Shown piece after piece: positions 19,668 to 29,753 of a stretch of DNA of 64,000 nucleotides. The DNA comes from a candidate division FCPU426 bacterium (lineage in GTDB: Bacteria > Oederibacteriota > PGYV01 > Palsa-1178), in the NCBI GenBank assembly GCA_963840035.1, contig CAWIXE010000002.1, positions 800,001-864,000 on the forward strand. The letters run 5' to 3'. The position numbers and the translations under genes were made by a program. How positions within the stretch are numbered: position 1 is the first letter of the stretch; each line of letters starts with the position of its first letter. The notes beneath the pieces are model-generated. The model was not told the origin of the DNA. It did not search any database and worked only from the letters and a program-made list of their open reading frames with translations.

Positions 19668-21043
19668 ATATCATTGATGTTGTGTTTTTCTATCTTATTC
19701 ATTATCATTTTTCGGGTTATCCCCAGAAGTTTCGCCGCTTTCGTCTGATTGCCCTTTGTTTTTATAAGGGCGTTTACTATGGATTTTTTTTCGACTTCTG
19801 CCAGCGGAGCGTCAGCGGATATGCCTGAATCAGATTTCGTGTCAGCATAGCGTTCATATGACATGTTGAGCATATCCGGGCCTATCAGGTTGGTGTTTGA
19901 AACAACGATTGCTTCTTCTATTACGTTCCTGAGTTCCCTGATATTTCCGGGCCAGCCATATTGCATAAGCCTCTCAAGCGCGGAATCTGTAAATGTTTTT
20001 TCCTCCATGCTGTTGCGAAGGCATATCTCACGGAGGAAATAATTGGTAAGCAGGGGGATATCAGCTTTTCTTTCCCTTAATGGAGGCATGTGCAGGGATA
20101 TAACGTTAAGCCTGTAATAAAGATCCTCGCGGAAGCGGCCGTTCTCGATATCGGCTTTGAGCTCGGAATTAGTCGCGCTGATGATCCTTAAGTCCACAGG
20201 CCTGGATTTATTTGAGCCAAGAGGCTCAATCCTGCGGTCTTCAAGAACCCGTAATAATTTAGCCTGGACGCGGTAATTGATATTTCCTATTTCGTCCAGA
20301 AATATTGTGCCTTTGTCAGCGGCTTCGAATTTTCCCTGTTTCGCGGTGTAAGCCCCGGTAAAAGCGCCTTTTTCATATCCAAAGAGTTCTGATTCCTGAA
20401 GCCCTTCGGGGATTGCGGCTAAGTTCATGGATATCATCTTGTTGCTGGAGCGCTTGGACAGGTTGTGTATGGCGCGCGCGGCCATTTCCTTGCCTGTGCC
20501 CGACTCGCCGGTAATTAATACGGTGGAATCGGTCTTTGCTATATTGGAAATCTTTTTGAAGAGCTCACGCATTTTCTTTGACTTGCCTATCATGTTCTCA
20601 AATATATTCTCGCCGTGAAGCTCGCCCTTTAAAAGAGCCAGGTCTTCTTTTAGCTCTGTTTTTTCAAATATTTTGGCGATGGTCATTTTCAGTTCGTCAA
20701 AATTAAGAGGCTTCTGCAGGTAGTTTTCTATGCCAAGTTTCATTGCCTGTACGGCTGATTCCACGGTGCCATAGGCTGTCATCATAATTACCGAGACGGA
20801 ACCGTCTATTTCCCTTATCCGCTTAAAAAGTTCTATGCCGTCCATTTCCGGCATTTTAAGGTCCAGCATTATCAGGTGCATTGTTTCCTTGCGGAGCATT
20901 TCCAGGGCTTCAGCCGGCGATGACGCCGTATATACTGCGTAGTTATCCTGCGTCAATATGGCGCTTACGACCTTTAGGGTTGATTTATTATCGTCTATTA
21001 CCAGTATCCGCCTCTTATTCATCGTTTTTTTGCCTCTTTTCAA
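19628..21043 (-). CDS. sigma54-dependent response regulator (NtrC/AtoC family)
   Basis: REC domain (DD, LDLKMP), GESGTGKE, ESELFGYEKGAFTGA, FREDLYYRL, Fis-type HTH. Confidence 0.96.
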   Translation of the reverse strand: MKRGKKTMNKRRILVIDDNKSTLKVVSAILTQDNYAVYTASSPAEALEMLRKETMHLIMLDLKMPEMDGIELFKRIREIDGSVSVIMMTAYGTVESAVQAMKLGIENYLQKPLNFDELKMTIAKIFEKTELKEDLALLKGELHGENIFENMIGKSKKMRELFKKISNIAKTDSTVLITGESGTGKEMAARAIHNLSKRSSNKMISMNLAAIPEGLQESELFGYEKGAFTGAYTAKQGKFEAADKGTIFLDEIGNINYRVQAKLLRVLEDRRIEPLGSNKSRPVDLRIISATNSELKADIENGRFREDLYYRLNVISLHMPPLRERKADIPLLTNYFLREICLRNSMEEKTFTDSALERLMQYGWPGNIRELRNVIEEAIVVSNTNLIGPDMLNMSYERYADTKSDSGISADAPLAEVEKKSIVNALIKTKGNQTKAAKLLGITRKMIMNKIEKHNINDIVPVRTRNTKKAL

Positions 21044-21728
21044 GGGGGATTATTATGGTAAATTCAGAGCCTTTGCCGGGCGCTGATTTCACGGTTATCC
21101 TGCCGCCGTGTTTGCTTACAATTGATTTTGATATCGCCAGACCTATGCCCAAGCCCGATTCTTTTGTCGTATAAAAAGGGACAAATACCGATTTCATTTC
21201 CTTTTTTGTCATGCCTTTTCCGTTATCTTTAAGCGATATATACGCGTGTTTTTTATCCGCGTTTATTATAACTTCGGCCCTGGGATCGGTTATACCCGAG
21301 AGGGCGTCCTTGGCGTTTGAGAAAAAGTTAACCATGACCTGTCTCATCTGTTCAGGGTCTATATATACTTCAGGTATGTCCTTTTTTTTGATTGTTACCT
21401 TAATTTCCGCGGGAAAACCGTGTTTGGTTATCATTATCATGCCTGTGACAAAACTTTCCAGGTTGGTGGCCTTAAGTTTCAGCGTCATGCCCCTGGAAAA
21501 ACTTATGAATTCGTTTAAGTAGCGTTCAAGCCGGTTAATCTCCTCTATTATTATGCCTGTGAATTCCCTGATGTCGTTATTTTCCTTATATGTGTCGAAA
21601 AGGTACTGGCTGGCGCCTTTCATTGAGTTCAAAGGGTTCTTTATCTCGTGCGCAAGCGCCGCGACCATGCGTTCGGTGCGTTCATGCTGGTCGTGTGTGA
21701 TTTTTGTGTTTTTTACGGCTTTAGACAT
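21015..21728 (-). CDS. Histidine kinase lacking a sensor domain (HisKA + HATPase)
   Basis: AHEIKNPL, QVMVNFFSNAKDA, DNGKG, PFYTTK, GLGIGL; only about 25 aa precede the H-box. Confidence 0.92.
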   Translation of the reverse strand: MSKAVKNTKITHDQHERTERMVAALAHEIKNPLNSMKGASQYLFDTYKENNDIREFTGIIIEEINRLERYLNEFISFSRGMTLKLKATNLESFVTGMIMITKHGFPAEIKVTIKKKDIPEVYIDPEQMRQVMVNFFSNAKDALSGITDPRAEVIINADKKHAYISLKDNGKGMTKKEMKSVFVPFYTTKESGLGIGLAISKSIVSKHGGRITVKSAPGKGSEFTIIIPLEKRQKNDE

Positions 21729-22440
21729 TTTTCATCGCCTTAAGCATTTCTTTTATAGCCCTGTCAAGTCCTACCAATACCGCCCTCGCGATGATATTGT
21801 GTCCGGTATTTAAGTCCTCGATCTGCTTTATGGAAGCAATCCTCGCGCTGTTTTTATATGTCAGGCCATGGCCCGCGTTTACGCGCAATCCTAATGAAGC
21901 GGCGAGCTCAGCGCCCTTCTTAATTATGTTGAATTCCCTGTCAAGTTCCTTTCTGTTTTTTGCCGCGGCATATTTTCCGGTATGGATTTCTATGAAGTCG
22001 GCCCCGGATAGTTTTGAGGCTTTAATCTGGGCGGGGTCGGCGTCAATGAAGAGGCTGACAATAATTCCCTTTTTTTTAAGCTTTGAAACGACAGCTGATA
22101 TGTTCTTTAGGTTGCCTGCCACGTCAAGTCCGCCCTCGGTGGTCAATTCCCGCCTTTTTTCAGGGACGAGCGTTGCTTCGTCAGGCACCACCTGCAGGGC
22201 CCTGCGGATTACATCGGGTGCGATTGACATTTCGAGGTTCAGTTTTTTCTTTACAATTTTTTTTAGGCGTATCACATCGCTGTCGTTGATGTGGCGCCTG
22301 TCCTCGCGCAGGTGGACTGTTATACCCACGGCGCCTGTTCTTTCGACTATGCGGGCCGCGTCCACCGGGTCAGGCACCACATCGCGCCTGGCCTGCCTTA
22401 CAGTCGCCACGTGGTCTATGTTTACGCATAATTTAGCCAT
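21721..22440 (-). CDS. pdxJ: Pyridoxine 5'-phosphate synthase
   Basis: VNIDHVATVRQAR, HLREDRRHI, ELTTEGGLD, NAGHGL. Confidence 0.98.
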   Translation of the reverse strand: MAKLCVNIDHVATVRQARRDVVPDPVDAARIVERTGAVGITVHLREDRRHINDSDVIRLKKIVKKKLNLEMSIAPDVIRRALQVVPDEATLVPEKRRELTTEGGLDVAGNLKNISAVVSKLKKKGIIVSLFIDADPAQIKASKLSGADFIEIHTGKYAAAKNRKELDREFNIIKKGAELAASLGLRVNAGHGLTYKNSARIASIKQIEDLNTGHNIIARAVLVGLDRAIKEMLKAMKNV

Positions 22441-22441
22441 G

Positions 22442-22861
22442 TTATTTTTTCCCTTCCCCGGACTGGCTGTTGTTGGTTTTTTCAAACTCAATTTCAACCT
22501 GATAGGGTGTAATTGACTTAATATCAAGGCCCCTGGGAAGCGACACTATTACGGCCGGCGATATCCTGTAGATGTTCTTGCCTTCTTTGGCGGTTTTTAA
22601 GTTCAGGGTTACTTTTACATTTTTTTTGTTTATGTTATTTACTATGTCGCGCCTGCCGGTGACCATGACATCCACGGCGTTCTCAACTTTGTTGATCATG
22701 CGCATTTCCGAGGGAAAATTATTCAGCTCCACAGGCAGGTTCAATACGACAGTGAGGTTCTGCTCGCTCGCGATATAAAACCACAGCGTGACTGCCGCAA
22801 GAAGCGCGCCGAGCTTGTACTGCCAGTTCTTGAAAAACAACGATTTAAAAAATTCTTTCAT
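22442..22861 (-). CDS. CdaR/YbbR-like protein (single YbbR domain)
   Basis: NWQYKLGALLAAVTLWFYI anchor plus one YbbR-like domain, directly after cdaA. Confidence 0.82.
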   Translation of the reverse strand: MKEFFKSLFFKNWQYKLGALLAAVTLWFYIASEQNLTVVLNLPVELNNFPSEMRMINKVENAVDVMVTGRRDIVNNINKKNVKVTLNLKTAKEGKNIYRISPAVIVSLPRGLDIKSITPYQVEIEFEKTNNSQSGEGKK

Positions 22862-22873
22862 AAAACCCTCCGT

Positions 22874-22966
22874 TTAACTTAAAATTTAAAATTTAAAACT
22901 GAAAGTTGGATCCGATGTATTAATTTTTAACTTTCAGTTTTAAGCTTTAAGCTTTAAGCTTTAAGT
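22874..22966. repeat. Inverted array of 7-nt repeats (TTAAAAT/TTAAGCT)
   Basis: ttaaaatttaaaatttaaaactgaaagtt ... aactttcagttttaagctttaagctttaagctttaag. Confidence 0.75.
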
Positions 22967-22971
22967 TGTAT

Positions 22972-23748
22972 TTATCTTATCTTCGGCGCGTATAAGGACA
23001 GAATTTCCAGCAGTGTCTCGCCGTTTATGTCAGGCGTTATCTTTCCGCCTATGGCGAGCGATATGGATTTTCTCTCCTCGGACACTATTATCGTGATAGC
23101 GTCCGTTTCTTCCGATATTCCTATGGCGGCCCTGTGCCGCATGCCGTATTTTTTATCTATGTCGTCTTTTTGCGTCAGCGGAAGTATGCAGCCGGCCGCG
23201 GCGATCCTGCCCTCCCTGATGATGACCGCGCCGTCGTGCAGCGGGGATTTCGGGTTAAAGATGGATATAAGAAGCTCAGATGATGTTTCCGAGTCTATGA
23301 CCGTGCCTGTTTCAATGAAACTTTTCAGGTTTACTTCGCGTTCAAGTACGATAAGCGCACCGGTTTTCTTCTTGGCCAGTATTTCCGCGGTTACCTTTAT
23401 TTCCCTGTAAAGCTGGGCGTGTTCCTTAAATATGAATTTGAAGAACTTATTCTGGCCGAACTCGACTAAGGCCCTGCGGAGTTCCGGCTGGAAGACTATG
23501 ATAAAAGCGATAATCCATATGGCGGATAAGCCTGTTAATATCCATGACATGGTATCAAGCCTTAAAAGCCTTGAGACAAGGACAAGTACGAGTATTATTG
23601 CAAAGCCTTTAAGCATCTGTATGGCCCGCGTTTCGTGCAGGAGTATGAATACATAATAAAGGACAAACGAAACAAGTATGATGTCTATGACGTCGTTCCA
23701 TCTCATTCCCGAGAAAGTGCTGACTAATGTGGAAAAAAAGTTTTCCAT
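22972..23748 (-). CDS. cdaA: Membrane diadenylate cyclase CdaA/DacA
   Basis: Three TM helices, VFQPELRRAL, PLHDGA and GMRHRAA motifs. Confidence 0.96.
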   Translation of the reverse strand: MENFFSTLVSTFSGMRWNDVIDIILVSFVLYYVFILLHETRAIQMLKGFAIILVLVLVSRLLRLDTMSWILTGLSAIWIIAFIIVFQPELRRALVEFGQNKFFKFIFKEHAQLYREIKVTAEILAKKKTGALIVLEREVNLKSFIETGTVIDSETSSELLISIFNPKSPLHDGAVIIREGRIAAAGCILPLTQKDDIDKKYGMRHRAAIGISEETDAITIIVSEERKSISLAIGGKITPDINGETLLEILSLYAPKIR

Positions 23749-24605
23749 TATTTTTCCTCCTTTTTGCGGTAATTGGACACGGCATAGGCCATGTCCGCTG
23801 TCTCTTTCATTTCCTTAACGTCATGCACCCTGATTAAATCCGCGCCCTTTGCCACGGCTATAGCCACTGTCGCGGCCGTGCCGTAAACCCGTTTGTCAGG
23901 GTTCAAATTAAGCACTTTCCCTATGAGGGATTTGCGCGAAGTCCCCAAAAGCAACGGGACGCCAAATTTTTTAAAACTATCAAGGCTGTCGAGTATCTCA
24001 AAGTTGTGTTTTAGCGTTTTGCCGAAACCGATTCCCGGATCGAGTATAAGGTTTTCCTTTTTTATCCCGGAAGCCAGCGCGGCTTTTATGCGCTCTTCAA
24101 AGAACAATAATATATCATTCACCGGGCCTTTTTCAGAGTACACCGGGTTGTCCTGCATTGTGCCCGGGGTTCCCAGCATGTGCATTATTACGTAGCCAGC
24201 TCCATATTCAGCGGCGACATTCATGATTTCGGGGTCGATAGTCCCGCCTGAGATGTCATTTATTATGGAGGCGCCCGCTTCAAGGGCTTTGCGGGCTGTT
24301 TTTGATTTGTAGGTGTCGGTTGATATCAGTGCCTTAGCTCCCGCTTTAACAAGCCCTTCGATTACAGGTATAACCCTTGCGGATTCCTCATCAGCCGGGA
24401 CGCTTTTTGCCCCGGGTTTTGTGGATTCCCCGCCGATGTCTATAATATCAGCGCCTTCTTTTTCCATCCCGAGCCCGCGCGCGATTGCTTTTCCGGCATC
24501 AAAATATTCCCCGCCGTCAGAAAAAGAATCCGGGGTTACGTTTAGTACCCCCATGATAAGGGTGCGGTTAAGGGAAAGCTTTTTACCCCGGCAAATTAAT
24601 TCCAT
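23748..24605 (-). CDS. folP: Dihydropteroate synthase
   Basis: MGVLNVTPDSFSDGG, DPGIGFGK, SRKS, IRVHDV. Confidence 0.98.
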   Translation of the reverse strand: MELICRGKKLSLNRTLIMGVLNVTPDSFSDGGEYFDAGKAIARGLGMEKEGADIIDIGGESTKPGAKSVPADEESARVIPVIEGLVKAGAKALISTDTYKSKTARKALEAGASIINDISGGTIDPEIMNVAAEYGAGYVIMHMLGTPGTMQDNPVYSEKGPVNDILLFFEERIKAALASGIKKENLILDPGIGFGKTLKHNFEILDSLDSFKKFGVPLLLGTSRKSLIGKVLNLNPDKRVYGTAATVAIAVAKGADLIRVHDVKEMKETADMAYAVSNYRKKEEK

Positions 24606-24716
24606 CCCGCACCTCCTTAGACTGCAATTACTAATTTATGATTTCTAATTTCTAATTGAATACAAAAACGCTAACACCGCTGTCTTTGTCTCTGTTTCTA
24701 ATTATAAATTAGAAAT

Positions 24717-25295
24717 TTACTTGCTTATCAACTCCAGCGCTTCTTTCCTCGTTGACTCGTTCTTCCTGAATATGCCGCGTATCGCGGATGTTATCATTTT
24801 TGAGCCGGGTTTTTTTACGCCCCTCATGGTCATGCACAGGTGTTCCGCCTCTATAATCACAAGCACACCCAGCGGGTTTACTATTTCCATCATAGTGTCG
24901 GCTATCTGCGATGTCAGGCGCTCCTGAAGCTGAAGCCTTTTGGCGTATAACTCGACTATGCGCGCCAATTTTGACAATCCCAGAAGCTTGTTTTTCCTGG
25001 GGATATAGGCTATATGCGCTTTGCCAAGGAACGGCAGCAGATGGTGCTCGCATACCGAGTAAAACGGGATATCTTTTAAGATGACCATCTCGTCATGTTC
25101 CTCGGTTTCAAATATCTTTACAACGTCTTTTACATCCTTGCCCGTGCCCGAGAAAATGTCTTCATACATGTCCGCCACACGCCGCGGTGTCTCTTTTAAA
25201 CCCTCGCGGTTTATGTCGTCGCCTATCGCCTCTATTATCAGCCTTACAGCCTTTTCTATGGCCGGTTTATCAAACGCTTTTTTTCTTTTTGCCAT
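24717..25295 (-). CDS. folE: GTP cyclohydrolase I
   Basis: [38 protein letters not shown]. Confidence 0.98.
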   Translation of the reverse strand: MAKRKKAFDKPAIEKAVRLIIEAIGDDINREGLKETPRRVADMYEDIFSGTGKDVKDVVKIFETEEHDEMVILKDIPFYSVCEHHLLPFLGKAHIAYIPRKNKLLGLSKLARIVELYAKRLQLQERLTSQIADTMMEIVNPLGVLVIIEAEHLCMTMRGVKKPGSKMITSAIRGIFRKNESTRKEALELISK

Positions 25296-27114
25296 TTTTA
25301 GCATACTCCAGATACATTTTTTCGTACTCCGGCCCCTCAAGAGTCTCTTTTTCGATAAGGGCTTTTGCCACTATGTCCAGGAACTTCCTGTTGGTCTTTA
25401 AAAGCTTGGTAGCGTTCGTATAGGCTTTATCAATAATGGATTTGACTTCCTCATCGATCAGCTTGGCGGTATCCTCGCTGTAATTTTTTTCTTTCATGAA
25501 ATCCCTGCCGAGGAATACTTCCTGCGAATCTCCGCCCCAGTTCACCATGCCGAGTTTTTCGCTCATTCCGTATTTGCAGACAAATTCATGCGCCATCCTG
25601 GTGGCGTTTATGATGTCGCTTGCGGAACCGGTGTCGGTTATCTTATAAACCAGCACGTCAGCTGCCCTGCCTCCCATGGCCATGGTTATGGAGTTTATGT
25701 ACTCTTCCTTTGTCATGTTGTATTTATCCGTAGTAGGCACGACCCATGTTACGCCGAGAGTCCTGCCCCTTTGTAATATGGTTATTTTATGCACTGGGTC
25801 TGTACCCAAAAGGAACCTGTTTACTACGGCGTGTCCGGCTTCATGGTAGGCTACGCGCAGTTTTTCCTTGTTGGTCAGTATCCTGCTTTTCTTTTCCGGC
25901 CCCGCCCAGACCCTGTCGCTTGCTTCTTCAAGTTCATTCATTGATACTTCCTGCTTATTGTTCCTTGCGGCTAAAAGAGCGGCTTCATTTATAAGGTTGG
26001 CAAGGTCGGCGCCTGAGAAGCCAATGGTCTTGCGCGCAACTGCGGTTAAGTCAACTTCCTTTGCAAGCGGTACTTTTTTAGAGTGTACTTTTAAGATCAT
26101 TTCCCTACCTTTTAAGTCGGGTTTATCCACCACTATCTGCCTGTCAAATCTTCCCGGCCTTAATAATGCCGGATCAAGTACGTCAGGTCTGTTTGTCGCA
26201 GCTACTATTATAACGCCTGTATTTGTCTCGAAACCGTCCATTTCAACAAGCAGCGCGTTTAAAGTCTGTTCCCGTTCGTCGTGTCCGCCGCCCATGCCTG
26301 CGCCGCGATGGCGGCCGACAGCGTCTATTTCGTCTATGAATATTATGCACGGCGCGCTGCGTTTTCCCTGTTCGAAAAGGTCCCTGACCCTTGCTGCGCC
26401 AACGCCTACAAACATCTCAACGAAATCAGAGCCTGATATGGAAAAGAACGGCACTCCTGCCTCGCCTGCGACGGCTCTGGCCAAGAGTGTCTTTCCGGTA
26501 CCCGGAGAGCCTAACAACAGCACTCCCTTAGGAATTTTGCCTCCGAGTTTCTGGAATTTTTTCGGTTCTTTTAAGAAAGCTATGACTTCCTGAAGTTCTT
26601 CTTTTGCTTCATCAACACCCGCGACATCCGCAAATGTAACCTTTCCACCGGGTTCCGCAAGTTTTGCCTTGCTTTTTCCAAAGCTCATGGCTCCGCCGCC
26701 GTTTTGAGAGCGGTTCATAACAAAGAACCAAAAAATGATTATCAGTATGAAGGGGCCCCAGGTAAAAAAGAACATTTTTAGCGCGCCGCCAAAACTGGTA
26801 ACCGGGCCTTTTGCCGTTATTTTTACATTTGCAGCATGCAGGATTTTATATAACTCCGGGTCTTCCACCGGTGAAGTCGAAATGTATTTAATCTTATCTT
26901 TTCCTGTTCCTTCCAGGTTGTTCAGCCCGTCTTCGTTCTTTGAAATTATGACATCGCTTATTTCGCCTTTTTGAACGGATTCCAAAAACGCGGAGTAAAC
27001 GACTTTTTTTGGAGGTTCTTCTTTCATGTATTTCAAATTCATGTTGTAAATAAAAATTATGGCCACAGCAATAAAAATCCAGAATGAAATTGAAATATTG
27101 TTCTTGTTTTTCAT
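25270..27114 (-). CDS. ftsH: ATP-dependent zinc metalloprotease FtsH
   Basis: Two TM helices, [30 protein letters not shown]. Confidence 0.98.
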   Translation of the reverse strand: MKNKNNISISFWIFIAVAIIFIYNMNLKYMKEEPPKKVVYSAFLESVQKGEISDVIISKNEDGLNNLEGTGKDKIKYISTSPVEDPELYKILHAANVKITAKGPVTSFGGALKMFFFTWGPFILIIIFWFFVMNRSQNGGGAMSFGKSKAKLAEPGGKVTFADVAGVDEAKEELQEVIAFLKEPKKFQKLGGKIPKGVLLLGSPGTGKTLLARAVAGEAGVPFFSISGSDFVEMFVGVGAARVRDLFEQGKRSAPCIIFIDEIDAVGRHRGAGMGGGHDEREQTLNALLVEMDGFETNTGVIIVAATNRPDVLDPALLRPGRFDRQIVVDKPDLKGREMILKVHSKKVPLAKEVDLTAVARKTIGFSGADLANLINEAALLAARNNKQEVSMNELEEASDRVWAGPEKKSRILTNKEKLRVAYHEAGHAVVNRFLLGTDPVHKITILQRGRTLGVTWVVPTTDKYNMTKEEYINSITMAMGGRAADVLVYKITDTGSASDIINATRMAHEFVCKYGMSEKLGMVNWGGDSQEVFLGRDFMKEKNYSEDTAKLIDEEVKSIIDKAYTNATKLLKTNRKFLDIVAKALIEKETLEGPEYEKMYLEYAKNGKKKKSV

Positions 27115-27275
27115 GTAAAAAGTCTCCTTTTTCACCAAACGAAATGCCAATTGTCCCAAAAGGGACATCGGGAAGAATATTTTATAATAAAACAGGGTAA
27201 AAGACAATAGTTATATAGTATAAATGATTGGTTGGTGTTTTGTTTGAATTACTAATTACCAATTACTAATTAGTT

Positions 27276-28350
27276 CGGTTCTAACATTTAACGCAACACT
27301 TTGATAGGATTATACTTTCAAAGGAGGCGTTAATAATCAATGAAGAATCCGAACTACAAGAGGTTAAGTTTCGAAGAACGGGAAGAAATTAGCAGGTATT
27401 TAGCAAGTGGTCTAAAAGCTGGCCGAATAGCAATGTTGATAGGTAGAAATAGAAGCACCATAACGAGAGAAATAAGAAAGGGTTTTAAAACAAATACATA
27501 TCGCGCGGTACAGGCGAATAATAGAGCCAAAAGAAACGCCAAAAGGCGAAGGTTCGGAAAACGTAAGATAGATAAGTGTAAAAGATTAAAAAGGTTCATT
27601 GAAAAGCATCTCTGGTTAAAGTGGTCACCGGAACAGATTGCAGAAAAATTGAAAATAGAGTATCCTACGGACATGGACATGAGAATATCACCCGAGAGTA
27701 TTTATGCATATTTGTATGTGAAGCCCAAAAGCCACTTGAAAAGAGAAGCTGCTAAAGCAGTTTCGGCAAAAGCATTCCAGGCGGTTTAAAAGGAATGCCA
27801 GAATGACCGGAATTGCAAAGGATTTAGAAGATATAACAAGCATAGATGAACGGCCTGCGGAAGTTGAAACACGAGAGATTCCCGGACACTGGGAAGGCGA
27901 CTTAATGATTGGCAGACTTCGGCAGTCAGCCATCGGAACGCTTGTTGAAAGAAAAACAAGGTATTTACGGATTGTCCGGTTAAAAAACAGGACGGCAAAA
28001 GAAGTCAAGAAACAATTTGAAGCTACGTTTAAGAAACACCCTAAACAACTTAGATTGAGCATGACATATGACCAAGGCAGAGAAATGGCGGATCATAAAG
28101 CTCTAAGTAAGGCGTTAAATATTAAGATATATTTTGCGCACAAGAGAAGCCCGTGGGAACGTGGAACAAATGAAAACACAAATGGGTTAATACGGCAGTT
28201 TTTCCCTAAAGGCACAGACTTCAATAAGATAAGTTTAAAAGAACTCAGGTATGCAGAAAGACTGTTAAATCAAAGACCCAGAAAAACTTTGGGCTGGAAA
28301 ACACCCGAAGAGGCGTTTTATCAAGATGTTGCGTTAAATACTTGAAACCA
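27276..28350 (+). mobile_element. IS30-family insertion sequence (ends approximate)
   Basis: Terminal IRs share ATTTAACGCAACA / TGTTGCGTTAAAT; AGTT present on both flanks; IS30 transposase inside. Confidence 0.9.
27340..28345 (+). pseudogene. IS30 transposase with a +1 frameshift at about 27746 (possibly a sequencing error)
   Basis: LSFEEREEI, STITREI, WSPEQIA; then GHWEGD, TYDQGREM, SPWERGTNENTNGLIRQ. Deleting one A gives the continuous LKRELLKQFRQKHSRR. Confidence 0.88.
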
Positions 28351-28449
28351 AGTTACTAAATATAACGCTTCGCGTATATTATAATAAGTGCAACAGCACA
28401 CCTTAATCAGTAATTGGTAATTAGTAATTATTAATTTCGTTCTGAAAAA

Positions 28450-28938
28450 TTAATCCTCGTGATGCTGTCCGCGGGGGTTTGCGATTTTTGTTTTTAACAG
28501 TTCGTATTTGGCGCTTTCATTTTTGACGATATTATCAAGCACGCCGTTGACAAAACTTCCGGATTTCTCATCCCCAAAGCGTTTTGCCAGCTCTATGGCT
28601 TCATTAATAGTGACTTTATAAGGAATGTCATTGCGGTAAAGCAGTTCGGCAACGCCTATCCTTAAGATATTCCTGTCAAGCGACAGGATGCGGTCATATT
28701 TCCAGTTCTTAAGGTATTTGGGTATTATTTCATCAAGTTCCTTCAGGTTATCCGTGACAGTCTTGACCAGTTCCTTTGCAAATTCCTTTGACTTGTCGAT
28801 GAATTTTTCCTCAGAGCCCAAATTCTGCATGGAATATGTGTCGATAAACTCCTCGATTTCCAGCGGAGTGCTTGCTGCGATCTCTACCTGATACAAACTC
28901 TGAAGAGCGATGATGCGTCCCGCACGTCTGATTCCCAT
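28450..28938 (-). CDS. nusB: Transcription antitermination factor NusB
   Basis: [40 protein letters not shown]. Confidence 0.96.
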   Translation of the reverse strand: MGIRRAGRIIALQSLYQVEIAASTPLEIEEFIDTYSMQNLGSEEKFIDKSKEFAKELVKTVTDNLKELDEIIPKYLKNWKYDRILSLDRNILRIGVAELLYRNDIPYKVTINEAIELAKRFGDEKSGSFVNGVLDNIVKNESAKYELLKTKIANPRGQHHED

Positions 28939-29036
28939 TAATACCTCTCAATTTTAAATTTTCAATTTTGAATTTTAAATTAGAATCAAAGACCTGTTCG
29001 GCATTTAATTGAAAATTTAAAATATAAAATTTAGAA

Positions 29037-29498
29037 TTAGATTTTATCTATTAGATCCGTCATTTCCAGCGTCGAAAGCGCCGAGTCAAAGCCTTTATTC
29101 CCGCTTTTTACCCCTGCCCTGTCTTTTGCCTGTTCTGCGGTGTCAGCGGTTATTATGCCAAAACCTATGGGGATGCCCGAGCTAATGCTCAGAGAAGCGA
29201 TGCCCTTTGTAACTTCCGAAGCGATGAAGTCAAAATGAGGCGTTTCCCCGCGGATGATGACGCCGAGAGCTATCATTCCGGTATATTTCTTCTTTTTAAG
29301 TATGTTTGAAAGCGCTGTGGGTATCTCGAAGGAACCCGGAGTCCAGTAAACATCGATGGAAGACTCAGCCACGCCATGCCTTACCAGGCAGTCTATGGCG
29401 CCGTTAAGAAGATTTTTTCCTATGGCTTCATTGAACTTTGATATGACTATGCCGAATTTCTTGCCTTTGCCGATGTAAGAGCCTTTGATTTCCTTCAT
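29037..29498 (-). CDS. ribH: 6,7-dimethyl-8-ribityllumazine synthase
   Basis: PGSFEIP, GVIIRGETPHFD, GNKGFDSA. Confidence 0.98.
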   Translation of the reverse strand: MKEIKGSYIGKGKKFGIVISKFNEAIGKNLLNGAIDCLVRHGVAESSIDVYWTPGSFEIPTALSNILKKKKYTGMIALGVIIRGETPHFDFIASEVTKGIASLSISSGIPIGFGIITADTAEQAKDRAGVKSGNKGFDSALSTLEMTDLIDKI

Positions 29499-29532
29499 GT
29501 TAATACCTCCTGTATGTTAATGATAATAATTC

Positions 29533-29561
29533 ATAATAACAGTGATTTGGTGCGGTGTCAA
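29533..29561 (-). promoter_or_regulatory. sigma70-type promoter of ribH-nusB
   Basis: TTGACA-N17-TATTAT with a TG extended -10. Confidence 0.7.
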
Positions 29562-29562
29562 T

Positions 29563-29595
29563 AAAAATAGCCGTCCCGTTAATCCGGCTAATTTT
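29563..29595 (-). terminator. Probable terminator of the giant-protein operon
   Basis: TAGCCG...CGGCTA hairpin followed by TTTTT on the minus strand, just after the stop at 29620. Confidence 0.55.
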
Positions 29596-29619
29596 AAAAA
29601 GAATCTAAAGTTCAAAGTT

Positions 29620-29725
29620 TTATTTGATTATAACGATTTTTTTTACAACCTTATTTTTACCTGCAACAATCTCATAAAAATATGTGCCGTTTCCCGCCCA
29701 TTTACCCGCGTCATTTCTTAAGTCC
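29620..29725 (-). pseudogene. Orphaned 3' end of a secreted-protein gene (T9SS type-A CTD/FlgD-like C-terminus)
   Basis: Reads (W)DLRNDAGKWAGNGTYFYEIVAGKNKVVKKIVIIK*, starting exactly at the element boundary; too short for the ORF track. Confidence 0.8.
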
Positions 29726-29753
29726 TGTCCTGCCTGTCAATTATTGTCACTTT

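Noticed and set aside
29500..29620. FMN riboswitch upstream of ribH
   Set aside because: The promoter lies about 35 nt from the start codon, leaving no room, and no RFN consensus is visible.
29726..29745. Outward TTGACA in the IR forming a hybrid promoter for ribH
   Set aside because: No acceptable -10 at 16-18 nt in the flank, and a terminator plus a native promoter lie between; a circle-junction promoter remains untested.
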